64,000 bases of DNA, from positions 1 to 64,000 of the IMG/VR virus record IMGVR_UViG_3300036828_000389, one strand, 5' to 3'. This document shows, one piece after another, positions 17,620 through 26,358 of the stretch; position 1 is the stretch's first letter, and each line of letters starts with the position of its first letter. Made by a program: the position numbers and the translations under genes. The notes beneath the pieces are model-generated. The model was not told where the DNA came from. It saw only the letters and a program-made list of their open reading frames with translations, and did no database searches. Origin of the DNA: a virus.

Positions 17620-18233
17620 TGCCCCAGCAGCTGTACTACCAGCAGTACTGCAACACCACCGCGACCACGAACTACTACGTCCCCACCTGGGGGAGCAACA
17701 ACGCCACCATCACCTATCAGCAGGGCATTCCAACCAATCAGTACTACGCGCCCATCATCACCAGCACCAGCACTGATCAGATCTGGCAGCAGTGGGTGAT
17801 CATGGGGAACGGCACCATAACCACCAGCGGTACGCCCACCACCTTCTGGCAGGAGACTGCGGAGCAGATGGAGGCTCATCGCGAGCAGCGGGAGCGGGAG
17901 CGGGAGGAGCGGGTGGCCGCTCGGACCCGGGCCCGGGTGCTGCTGGAGGACTTCCTCAACGACGAGCAGAAGGTGGAGTTGGAGCGCCATAGTCGCTTCC
18001 ACGTCACCGGGTCGCGGGGACGGCGCTACTGCATCCGCACCACCGGCCAGGCTGGCAACGTCGACCTGCTCAAGGACGATGGACAAGTCCAGGCTCAGCT
18101 GTGTTGCCATCCCCGGGGCTACCTGCCCGATGGGGACGCCTGGTTGATGCAGATGATCGAGCTACGTCACGACGAGGATCACTTCCTGGCCACGGCCAAC
18201 GTCCACCGGGGGGCGCTCCCCGCAGCCGCATGA
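17619..18233 (+). CDS. partner of the Gly-Gly protein; C-terminal domain with Cys/His/Asp motif
   Basis: T/Q/Y-rich N-terminus, charged helix, then GxxYxI...GNV...LCCHP...LPDGD...Q...DExxFLxxAN. Confidence 0.75.
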   Translation: MPQQLYYQQYCNTTATTNYYVPTWGSNNATITYQQGIPTNQYYAPIITSTSTDQIWQQWVIMGNGTITTSGTPTTFWQETAEQMEAHREQREREREERVAARTRARVLLEDFLNDEQKVELERHSRFHVTGSRGRRYCIRTTGQAGNVDLLKDDGQVQAQLCCHPRGYLPDGDAWLMQMIELRHDEDHFLATANVHRGALPAAA

Positions 18234-18472
18234 GCGATGAACTCGACCCTGGCTTCATCGCCATTGAGCAGCAGGTAGATCTCGGTGGCCAGGTGCTGAG
18301 CCTGACCGGCAAGGTGAACCTGATCGGCCTGTCCGCGGCCCAGCGTGAGGTGCTGCTCGACATCCTGGACGCCTTCGCTCGCCTGGGCTCCAAGACCCGC
18401 ACGCGAGAGAGGGTGCGAGCCACGCGGGCCCGTACTGCCGTTCCTCAGGAGGAAGAGGAGGGAGGGGAGTGA
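18230..18472 (+). CDS. hypothetical protein
   Basis: Start at MSDELD, ATGA overlap. Confidence 0.7.
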   Translation: MSDELDPGFIAIEQQVDLGGQVLSLTGKVNLIGLSAAQREVLLDILDAFARLGSKTRTRERVRATRARTAVPQEEEEGGE

Positions 18473-18609
18473 CTTGCGGTCACCGCTGGCCGCTCCTCGA
18501 CCCCAACGAGGATGACCGGGTCAATGGCGTCACCCATAAGTGCAGTCGTGAGCCTGGACATGGTGATGATCATCTGTGCGTCTGTGGGGCCCGGCCGGGG
18601 GACGACTGA
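18469..18609 (+). CDS. 46-aa Cys/His protein (not in ORF track)
   Basis: MTCGHRW...HKCSREPGHGDDHLCVCG; strong SD, GTGA and TGATG overlaps. Confidence 0.65.
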   Translation: MTCGHRWPLLDPNEDDRVNGVTHKCSREPGHGDDHLCVCGARPGDD

Positions 18610-18803
18610 TGCCCCCCCACTTCGACAACCCCACCAACGCCCTGGCCGAAGATATCGCCATCTGGCTTGCTGACGGGCACGGGGACGTGGAGGATTACAT
18701 CCAGGATGCCTACGACCTCATCAGAACCCTGCGGGCCCGGGGGTGGCAGTTCTCTGTCGCTCTCGGGCGCGCTGACTCCACCGGACGAGTCCCGCTGCGG
18801 TGA
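18609..18803 (+). CDS. small hypothetical protein
   Basis: Start at MPPHFD, TGATG overlap. Confidence 0.65.
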   Translation: MPPHFDNPTNALAEDIAIWLADGHGDVEDYIQDAYDLIRTLRARGWQFSVALGRADSTGRVPLR

Positions 18804-19039
18804 AGAACTGCGCTGGTCCCTGGCGTTGGTATTGCCGGTGGTGTGGGGCGAAAGAGCAATATGACGATCCCGCTGAACGGGATCGTTCTGCGTATGAACA
18901 CGTTGTCTTGATTCACCCTGGCCCTGACTATGTGGTCAGATCAGCCTCATTTGGGCACCTTCTGCATGTGTGGCCCATCCCTTCAAGTCTTTCTGACGGC
19001 ACAGAGCGTGCCTACCCTGGCGTCGATGCCCCTGAGTAA
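18800..19039 (+). CDS. small Zn-finger-like protein
   Basis: WYCRWCG...HVVLIH. Confidence 0.6.
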   Translation: MKNCAGPWRWYCRWCGAKEQYDDPAERDRSAYEHVVLIHPGPDYVVRSASFGHLLHVWPIPSSLSDGTERAYPGVDAPE

Positions 19040-19496
19040 CCTGCCCGGTCCCTGGCGTTGGGAGAAGCGCAACGGGTTCTGGTGGCGGATTCACGATGAA
19101 CTGAGGATCGAGGACGGGCCCCATGAGTGGAACGAACTCAACATCGGCCTGGGTGGCTACGGGGAGGGCAGCCGTTGGCTCGACCGGGACGGCGAACCTA
19201 TTCCAGTCATAGTGGCGAGCGACCTCCTGGCTGACCCGGACTACAAGGTCATCGCCAAGGACGTGTTCATCTACGACGACACCCCCATGGAGGTCTCCAC
19301 CGTCTGGCTCGGGCTGGATCACAACTGGTGGCCTGATCGCTCTCCTCAGATCTTTGAGACCATGATCTTCGCCCCTGGCACTGACTGGGATCTCAACCTG
19401 TGGCGCTACAGCACCGAAGCTGAGGCTCGCGAAGGACATACTGAGGTGTTGGCTATGGTAAAAGACGCGGAGCAGCACCGAAGGAGGAACTTGTGA
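19026..19496 (+). CDS. conserved phage hypothetical protein
   Basis: VSTVWLGLDH...IFETMIF...RYSTEAEAREGH motif. Confidence 0.8.
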   Translation: MPLSNLPGPWRWEKRNGFWWRIHDELRIEDGPHEWNELNIGLGGYGEGSRWLDRDGEPIPVIVASDLLADPDYKVIAKDVFIYDDTPMEVSTVWLGLDHNWWPDRSPQIFETMIFAPGTDWDLNLWRYSTEAEAREGHTEVLAMVKDAEQHRRRNL

Positions 19497-19529
19497 GTCA
19501 GTATTCGGACATGACCGGGGAGGGCTGAC

Positions 19530-19796
19530 ATGGCCAAGGTGGATGCGGTCAGCTGCGATACGTGCCAGCGGGTCGAGCGTCCCGCAGAGGGGGCCCAGCT
19601 GCCCCTGGAGTGGTATCAGGCCACGGTCTTCCAGCAGGGCTCCGGCGAGGTGCTGAGCGACAGCACCTTCTGCTCCTGGGACTGTGTGAACCTGGCCATG
19701 AAGCAGGAGCCGGAGGTCAAGGTCCGCCGGAAGCGTCGGACCCGGGAGCAGATGGAGGCGGACGCGGCGGCAGCTGCTGCGACCGCCAGTGCCTAG
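19530..19796 (+). CDS. Zn-binding protein
   Basis: CDTC...FCSWDC; GGGAGG SD. Confidence 0.75.
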   Translation: MAKVDAVSCDTCQRVERPAEGAQLPLEWYQATVFQQGSGEVLSDSTFCSWDCVNLAMKQEPEVKVRRKRRTREQMEADAAAAAATASA

Positions 19797-20112
19797 TGAC
19801 CCCTGGCAGGATGCCAGTGCTAAAGCCTGGGTTCGCAACGTCCTCAAGAACATGCTGCCCAAGCTGGAGGGTTCCTCCTGCACCATCTCCCTGGTGCCAC
19901 AGGACAGGGAGGGTGATGTCAAGTTCTGGGTGGAGCTAGGGGCCTCGATCATGCTCGACAAGCCCTTGATCGCCGTCCTGTTGGGCGACGCCCCCTGTCC
20001 CCGCAAGCTGGCCCTGGTCGCGGATGAGATCGTCAGGTGCCCGGATGGCATCGATCCGGCCAGTAGCGAGGAATTGGCTGCGGCCCTCAGGCGAGTGTTG
20101 GGTGATGAGTGA
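19789..20112 (+). CDS. nucleoside 2-deoxyribosyltransferase/TIR-like small protein
   Basis: DVKFWVELGASIMLDKPLIAV resembles the ExGxAxxxxKP signature. Confidence 0.6.
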   Translation: MPSDPWQDASAKAWVRNVLKNMLPKLEGSSCTISLVPQDREGDVKFWVELGASIMLDKPLIAVLLGDAPCPRKLALVADEIVRCPDGIDPASSEELAAALRRVLGDE

Positions 20113-20278
20113 CACCCCGGAGAACCTGGAGGCATTCCCCCCGGTCCCCGAACTGGGGGGCGCCATCGGCCGGACAGCGTCTGACGCCTGTCGTCAGGGC
20201 CAGCATGATCTGTGCAAGGACGACACATGCATGTGTCGTCACCATGAGCGCTTGTGGTACGACCAGGTACTGAGGTGA
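20105..20278 (+). CDS. small Cys/His protein
   Basis: ACRQGQHDLC...CMCRHH. Confidence 0.6.
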   Translation: MSDTPENLEAFPPVPELGGAIGRTASDACRQGQHDLCKDDTCMCRHHERLWYDQVLR

Positions 20279-20790
20279 ACCACCAGGACACCTTTGATGA
20301 CCTGTGCATCCTGCTGGAGCAGCACCTGGGTCGCGGCATCGATGACGTGGCCACCGAGATCATGGCCTTCCTGGACATCACCAGCGAGGTGATCCTCTCG
20401 GAGCGGGATCCGCCGCCGGGCCTACGCCGCTGGCTGGCCTCTCACGGACTTGTCCTGGTGGCCGCCGCCGAACCCACGCCCACCCACGTCATGGATCTGA
20501 TCGATGAGGACGACGACGTGGTCGAGGCTGAGGTGTCCACCCAGGAGAGGGCGGGGGGGAGTAGCCCTCTCCTGGGCGTGGGGGACTACGTACAGTACCG
20601 CACCGCTCCGATGGGTCCGAACAACATGAGCCAGCTGGGCTCGGGCACCGTCGTCGGCGTCCACACCGAGAGCATCGAGGTGGAGTTCTCCCCGAACGGG
20701 GGCCGGATCGTGCTGTTCCTTGAAGCCGACACCATCCAGGTGATCCGGTCTAGCCGCGACGAAGACGCCGGGTCGGAGCAGCTGCTGTAG
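20275..20790 (+). CDS. hypothetical protein with C-terminal SH3/KOW-like segment
   Basis: LGVGDYV...GTVVGV...IEVEF; GTGA overlap. Confidence 0.65.
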   Translation: MNHQDTFDDLCILLEQHLGRGIDDVATEIMAFLDITSEVILSERDPPPGLRRWLASHGLVLVAAAEPTPTHVMDLIDEDDDVVEAEVSTQERAGGSSPLLGVGDYVQYRTAPMGPNNMSQLGSGTVVGVHTESIEVEFSPNGGRIVLFLEADTIQVIRSSRDEDAGSEQLL

Positions 20791-21700
20791 CTGGCTCGGG
20801 AGCCGGAGCAGGCGCCCCGCCTTGGCGAGGGACGGCCACCTGGATCTCCACCTTGTCCAGGCGGGTCAGGAAGTCATCGAATTTGCCGCCCAGCTGGTTG
20901 GCCCACTCATCCAGACCTGACAGGAAGCTCTGTAGGGTGGCGGACACGTCCACCGCTGTCTCTACCACGGCAACGGCAGCTATGGGCTCCCCTGGGGGTA
21001 CAGGCGCCTCCTGGGCCTCCTCAGGCTCTCCCTGGGCGGCCAGGATGAGATCCACCATGGCCTGGCGGGTCTTCTTCGGCGGCACGCCCAGCTGGGCCCC
21101 GATGTCCTTCAGATCGTCCATGGACATCTTCTCCAGGTCGGTGCGAGCGAAGATCTCCATCTCCTCCGTGGCCTCGCCCTCGTCCTCGTCGGCAGCTGCC
21201 GCGGGCTCAGCCTCCTCCCCGCCTTCAAAGCTCATGGGGATGAGCCCCTCCGTCAGTTCCCGCACGTCGAGCCCGGCGTCGATGAAGCTGGAGAACATCT
21301 CCTCCTGCTCGGACGTGTCCCGCTCCTTGTCCCACAGCAGGAACAGGGCGGACCGGGGCGCCTCCTTGAGGCTCTGCTCCAGCTGGAGGATGGGATCCTC
21401 GACGTTGATGACCTTGGCGGCGTCGTTGGCCATCTCCACGAAGGCCCGCTTGGAGGTGTCGCTGGAGCGGGTGATGACCTCGTAGACGATGTCGGAGGAC
21501 TTGGCGATGGCGACGTACTCCGTCAGGGTGGCTGTGAACTCGCCGTCCACCAAGACGAACATCCACTTGACCGACTCTGAGGGCTTGATGTTGGCGTCCA
21601 GGTACTCCTGGATCAGCACCATCCCGGCATCCACGTCCATGGCTCCTGTGCCCAGGAAGCCGATGGTGATGCCTTCGGGTGTACCGCGGCGGGGGGGCAT
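20750..21700 (-). CDS. hypothetical protein with Rho-N/HeH-like helical domain
   Basis: AGGAGAAGGAG SD before ATG 21700; DLEKMSMDDLKDIGAQLGV...RQAMVDLIL. Confidence 0.8.
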   Translation of the reverse strand: MPPRRGTPEGITIGFLGTGAMDVDAGMVLIQEYLDANIKPSESVKWMFVLVDGEFTATLTEYVAIAKSSDIVYEVITRSSDTSKRAFVEMANDAAKVINVEDPILQLEQSLKEAPRSALFLLWDKERDTSEQEEMFSSFIDAGLDVRELTEGLIPMSFEGGEEAEPAAAADEDEGEATEEMEIFARTDLEKMSMDDLKDIGAQLGVPPKKTRQAMVDLILAAQGEPEEAQEAPVPPGEPIAAVAVVETAVDVSATLQSFLSGLDEWANQLGGKFDDFLTRLDKVEIQVAVPRQGGAPAPAPEPATAAAPTRRLRRG

Positions 21701-21769
21701 GCGTTCTCCTTCTCCTAGCTCAGGAGGACACCCAAGCAGCCCCAGTCCGCCAGACCAAGCCGAAGTGAG

Positions 21770-21806
21770 AAGAAAAAACAGCGCCCCGGGATCAGCCCCG
21801 GGGCAC
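21770..21806 (-). terminator. intrinsic terminator
   Basis: GTGCCCCGGG-GCTGAT-CCCGGGGCGC followed by TGTTTTTTCT. Confidence 0.8.
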
Positions 21807-21835
21807 CGTTCTGACACCGTCAACGCGTCGGGGTC

Positions 21836-21864
21836 AGTGTAAACTACATCCGCCCTGAACGCAA
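21836..21864 (-). promoter_or_regulatory. sigma-A-like promoter
   Basis: TTGCGT-N17-TACACT. Confidence 0.55.
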
Positions 21865-21868
21865 ATAA

Positions 21869-22177
21869 TCACCTTGTTCTTCGGGGCTGGCGCCCGACCA
21901 CCTCAGATATCGCCTCATCTCTGTACCCACGCATCAGCGACTCCAAACCATGTGCCAGCATGGCCAAGCCCGACGCGGCCAGGGCGATGAAGATGCGGGC
22001 CTCAGCTGACCGGTTCTGGACGAGCAGCACCAGGAGGACACAGCAGAGCAGGTTGATGAAGCTCTTCCACCAGGCTGGTTGGAAAAGCCCGATCCGGCGG
22101 GTGATCTCTTTGTACAGCTGCGTAATTCGTACCGACCCCAGCCCGATCAGGATCACGTACCCCAGGTCTACGGCCAT
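21869..22177 (-). CDS. small membrane protein (holin-like topology)
   Basis: Two to three hydrophobic helices, basic C-terminus, last gene of the tail operon. Confidence 0.65.
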   Translation of the reverse strand: MAVDLGYVILIGLGSVRITQLYKEITRRIGLFQPAWWKSFINLLCCVLLVLLVQNRSAEARIFIALAASGLAMLAHGLESLMRGYRDEAISEVVGRQPRRTR

Positions 22178-24681
22178 AGGGTCTGATCGATGGGCGGGAT
22201 GACGTTGCCGGACTCAAAGGTCAGGGTGTAGGTGGAGGCCATCGGCAGCCAACGGTACAACTCGGTCCGTAGGCGGAAGGACCGGTTGGTCATGCCCCGA
22301 AAGTAGTAGCTGGAGCCGTCGTTGCCCACCTGGTAGTCGAAGTTGCCGTAGTAGGCCGGGAGGTGGGCGTCGAGGAAGGGCGGCGGGCCCGTGGTGAAAC
22401 TGCCGGGCGCGAGCATGGCCGAGTTGAACACGAAGTTGGCGGACTGGGCGGTCGGGAACCGGATGAAGGGGTAGAAGAAGACCGCCGGGAGACCAGTGGA
22501 CTGCTCGACCGGCGTGATGCTGCGGATGCTTTGGCCTGCGGGCGGGAAGCTGAACCGCTGCCAGTCGTTGGTCAGGTAGTCGGTGTCCCAGTCCTCGTAG
22601 AAGGTGCCGTCAGGGAAGTACCAGCGCAGGCCGATCTGGATCTGGGCGTTGGAGGGATCCTGGACGATCATGTACCGGCCGTAGACGCTGAAATTGAGCA
22701 TCTGACCCGGGAAGGCCGTGAAGTAGAAGACATTTCCGGCTTGGGGTGGCTGAGGCTGGGCGAACCAGTCTCCACCTCCGACCACACCGGACAGGAGGTT
22801 GAAGTACAGCAGGTTGATGAAGAACCAGCTGTTGGCCGGGCGGGACGTGTCCGGGGGATCCATCCAGGGTCGTGGCGGGCCCAGCTGAGGCACGGCGCCG
22901 TTGAACCAGTCCGGCGGCTGAGCCGGAGTGGAGTTGGTGTAGTCGATGAACCAGCCGCTGGGGATGGACACAGGCGGGGAGAAGCTGGTGACGGTGCCGC
23001 CCCAGATCACAGCGTTGGCGCCCTGAGTCGGGCTGACCTGTAGTGAAGCCCAGCCGTTGACGGCGAAGAGGGCAGAGGGGTCGTCCGGAGTTTCGTAGTG
23101 GATGTACATGCTGGTGCTGTAGTTCTGCGTGGGATGGGTCGGATCGTTCGCAGAAGTCCAGCCATCGAAGCCGTTCGGGAACGTGGTCAGCGGGTTGGCC
23201 ATCAGGTTGGTGGCCTGGGGCGCCAGGGCGATCTTCACGTCGCGGGGATAGTCGTAGGTGGTCGGGATCTCCTGGCCGATCTGACTCGGCTTGGCCGCCC
23301 ATATCATGCCGAAGGTCAGGTAGCAGCTGACCCCAAACGCCGGGCCATAGATCCGCACCCGGGGATAGATCCAGTAGTAGGCCGGGATCTGGGCGTTGGC
23401 CGGGGGGGTCACGTTCTGGTAGTAGGGGTTGATGTTGGCGGTACAGGTGTACTGCTTCCAGTTATTGGCCGTCATCGCGGTCGTGGTCGTAGCCGCGATC
23501 TGGATGGGAGTGCCGTTGCCCGCGTCCCCCCACAGGGAGATGTCCATGGTGTACGCAGCAGTACTGAGTACCTGGATCTGGAAGGTGATGTTGCCGGGCC
23601 CGTCGGTCTGTGACAGGAAGTCCAGGACCGGAATGGCTCCGGTGCAGATATCGATGTTGCTGGCCGGATGACCGCTGGCGGGGTTGGCGGTATAGACCCC
23701 GATGCCGGTGTTGTTGTACGGCGGCGGGTTGGGGACGAATCCGATGATGGTCGCGGGGTTGGGCCCGTTGGCCAGCAGGTTGGGGATCTGGGCGAAGTGG
23801 AGGCCCACGTTGGCCCCAGCTGGGGCGGGGAAGCTGGTTCCTGGTGGTGGCCAGGCTTGCCAGGTGCCAGTGCCCTGAGCCCCCACGCTGTCGTCCAGGG
23901 TCAGCATGAGGTTGTAGCCCTTGTGGGCCGTGATGGCGGCCGGGTAGCCGGTCATGATGCTGGAGAAGTCGGTGATGCCTCGCGACGAGCCCTTGAGCTT
24001 GTAGAGGTGCATGGCGTTGCTGATCAGGATGCGTTCCTGGGCCATGCCGATCTCGGGATCGTTGGGTAGCCCGAACTGGTAGGCCAAGAGCGGCAGCAGG
24101 GCCCCGGAGACATGCTTGGCGTCATTGACGGAGAGCAGTGACTCAAGCTCGGTGCGGATGAAGTCCATCTCAAACCCCAGCAAATTCAGGAAGCTTTGCA
24201 GGGGTGGCGTGGGCAGGTTCGGCGTGATCCAGGGGTTGTACGGGTTGACCAGGATGGAGTCGAGGTCGCGATAGGCGAGGGGCAGGAGGTTGTAGTACCT
24301 GTTCCCATAGCCCCACGGCAGCGGCAGCAACGCGATCAGGTCGGTGCAGCGGATCCACAGCTGATCATGGGTCGAGAACCCCCACATGGTGTAGTAGTTG
24401 AATCCGGGCGAGCAACCGTCGTCGGTGAAGCTCTGCAACGAAGAGGTGGGCAGGGTGAAAAGGATGGTCCCGTCGGTCTCATCCTGGGGGATGTTGAAGA
24501 CATTCCTGACCAGCTGAAGGTTGACGCAGTCATCGGATGGGGGCTTGCTCCAGGTTAGGAACAGGCTCTGGTAGTCCAGGGGAGTGAACTCAAATGGTGA
24601 CACCGAGAAGTCTGGCCGTGACAGCGTGGGGTCGCGTCCGAACCTGGTGAGTGAGTAGTAGTCGATGCCGTAGACGCCCAT
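22168..24681 (-). CDS. baseplate/tail protein with P2 gpI-like domain and beta-sandwich modules
   Basis: LQSFL...LLPLLAYQFG...YKLKGSSRGI; next to the baseplate J cluster. Confidence 0.8.
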   Translation of the reverse strand: MGVYGIDYYSLTRFGRDPTLSRPDFSVSPFEFTPLDYQSLFLTWSKPPSDDCVNLQLVRNVFNIPQDETDGTILFTLPTSSLQSFTDDGCSPGFNYYTMWGFSTHDQLWIRCTDLIALLPLPWGYGNRYYNLLPLAYRDLDSILVNPYNPWITPNLPTPPLQSFLNLLGFEMDFIRTELESLLSVNDAKHVSGALLPLLAYQFGLPNDPEIGMAQERILISNAMHLYKLKGSSRGITDFSSIMTGYPAAITAHKGYNLMLTLDDSVGAQGTGTWQAWPPPGTSFPAPAGANVGLHFAQIPNLLANGPNPATIIGFVPNPPPYNNTGIGVYTANPASGHPASNIDICTGAIPVLDFLSQTDGPGNITFQIQVLSTAAYTMDISLWGDAGNGTPIQIAATTTTAMTANNWKQYTCTANINPYYQNVTPPANAQIPAYYWIYPRVRIYGPAFGVSCYLTFGMIWAAKPSQIGQEIPTTYDYPRDVKIALAPQATNLMANPLTTFPNGFDGWTSANDPTHPTQNYSTSMYIHYETPDDPSALFAVNGWASLQVSPTQGANAVIWGGTVTSFSPPVSIPSGWFIDYTNSTPAQPPDWFNGAVPQLGPPRPWMDPPDTSRPANSWFFINLLYFNLLSGVVGGGDWFAQPQPPQAGNVFYFTAFPGQMLNFSVYGRYMIVQDPSNAQIQIGLRWYFPDGTFYEDWDTDYLTNDWQRFSFPPAGQSIRSITPVEQSTGLPAVFFYPFIRFPTAQSANFVFNSAMLAPGSFTTGPPPFLDAHLPAYYGNFDYQVGNDGSSYYFRGMTNRSFRLRTELYRWLPMASTYTLTFESGNVIPPIDQTLWP

Positions 24682-25548
24682 TTACCGTCCTATCGCCAAC
24701 CAAACCATGCAGACCAGGGCCCGCCGATCCACCTGGATGTCTTCAATGAACTGGATCCAGGCGCCCTGGTTGTTGAGTCCGACCAGGGTCAGCTGATCCT
24801 CCATGTACTGATAGGCGTACCAGCCCAGCATGGAGAGCCCCGGGAAGGGCATCTTCATGTAGACGAAGCTGTACAGCTGATGGAACCCGGCCCCGAAGGG
24901 CACATAGAGGTTGCCATAGCCGTCGGTGTAGCCCTGCGCCACCCCGCCCATGAGAACCAGGGGGCCCCCTCTGGCCTCGTTGACCAACTCTGCGTTGATC
25001 ATCGCCTCGATCTGGCCGATGGTGAGACCTTGCGGTACGTCCATGAGCCGGATCAGCTGGTTGACGTGGATGTTGGGGTAGCCGGAACCAGTCCTGGGAT
25101 CGGGGTAGAAGCCCTGCACGGGCCTGGTGAAGCCCCGGCTGGCGTTTCTCGGGACGTACACAGGATGACTGTCGGCGCTCAGGTCAGTCAGGAAGTGATG
25201 AACGTGGTTGTGCCCGATCCACGCCTTGTAGAGATAGAGGTACTGGATGGTGGCGCCCAGAGTGGCCTTGGCAACGGTGGTGCCGGTTACTGGGAGCTTG
25301 CCAGTTAGGGGGATGAGAACCCAGGGATTGATCCCCAGGGTGGTCTCGATGCTCCTGATCTCGGTGTGCAGATCGTTGGTGATGGTGGCCGCGTCGATGG
25401 TCAGGTCGATCATGTTGGGCGTGCCGTCAGGATTGACGCCAGCCTGGATCCACTTCGTGCCGTCCTGAGGCTGATCGGCGTAGGTGCAGAAGTCGCGGAT
25501 CGCTACGGGGTAACGCTGGGTGGAGTCAACCGGCGGCGGGACTGGCAT
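24682..25548 (-). CDS. tail fibre-like structural protein (paralog A1)
   Basis: YPxAI...IETTLG; HNHVHH...DSHPVY; gp53-like C-terminus. Confidence 0.75.
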   Translation of the reverse strand: MPVPPPVDSTQRYPVAIRDFCTYADQPQDGTKWIQAGVNPDGTPNMIDLTIDAATITNDLHTEIRSIETTLGINPWVLIPLTGKLPVTGTTVAKATLGATIQYLYLYKAWIGHNHVHHFLTDLSADSHPVYVPRNASRGFTRPVQGFYPDPRTGSGYPNIHVNQLIRLMDVPQGLTIGQIEAMINAELVNEARGGPLVLMGGVAQGYTDGYGNLYVPFGAGFHQLYSFVYMKMPFPGLSMLGWYAYQYMEDQLTLVGLNNQGAWIQFIEDIQVDRRALVCMVWLAIGR

Positions 25549-26358
25549 CTACCATCCAATCGCCAACCAGGTCAGAGCTACGTTCATGTAGGGCTGCCAG
25601 GAGTAGTCGTGGGAGAACTGCACCACGGCTCCTCCCAGAGAGGCGCCCAGGAGGGTGATCTGGGTCTCGATGTGGTTGTAGTCCCCGTTGGGCGCCGGGG
25701 CGTAGCCGGGGCCGGGACGGACCGGGATCTTGGTGCAGGCCACGGCTACCACGCCGCTCGGGTAGCCGGAGCCGAAGGAGAGATGGATGATGCCGCTACC
25801 GTCGGTCCAGCCGAATGGAAAGATGCCACCCTTGATGATCCAGTTCGGGTGAGGTGGCGGGTAGCCGAAGGGAGCGTAAAGGGGTGGGCCTCCATAGGCG
25901 CCCGTCACCAGGTTGGCGACGGCGTTGTCGATCAGCTGCTCGACCAACGCCGTGTTGGCGTAGTTCAGGCTTTGCAGCTGGCCCAGAGTCACCAGGTCGT
26001 TGGGGTTGTTGCCTGCCACCCCCGTAACCGGCGCCGTGAAGGACCGGGCGCCGTCGGCGCGGATGTAGAGGACGTGGTCATCGATGAGCAGGTCTTGCAG
26101 GAGGTGATGGTCGTGAGTGTGGTTCGACGGAGCCTTGTTCACCCAGAGATCCTGGACGGCCCCACCGAAGGTGCTGTAGGGCGTGCCCTGGAAGGGATTG
26201 GTCCCCAGGGTCCGCTCGATGACTGAGACCTCCACGTTGACCTCGTTGATGCTGCGGGCCCAGATGATGTCCGTATAGTCCTGGTAGGTCGTGAAGACCT
26301 TGATGGCTCGCGGATATATAGGCGTAACGGGGATGTTGGTCGGAGGTACAGCCGTCAT
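25549..26358 (-). CDS. tail fibre-like structural protein (paralog A2)
   Basis: YPRAI...IERTLG; HTHDHH...DDHVLY; gp53-like C-terminus. Confidence 0.75.
   Translation of the reverse strand: MTAVPPTNIPVTPIYPRAIKVFTTYQDYTDIIWARSINEVNVEVSVIERTLGTNPFQGTPYSTFGGAVQDLWVNKAPSNHTHDHHLLQDLLIDDHVLYIRADGARSFTAPVTGVAGNNPNDLVTLGQLQSLNYANTALVEQLIDNAVANLVTGAYGGPPLYAPFGYPPPHPNWIIKGGIFPFGWTDGSGIIHLSFGSGYPSGVVAVACTKIPVRPGPGYAPAPNGDYNHIETQITLLGASLGGAVVQFSHDYSWQPYMNVALTWLAIGW

Noticed and set aside
21701-21835. tRNA in this or other intergenic gaps
   Set aside because: No cloverleaf or T-loop consensus found by eye; a tRNAscan-SE/ARAGORN run would be decisive.
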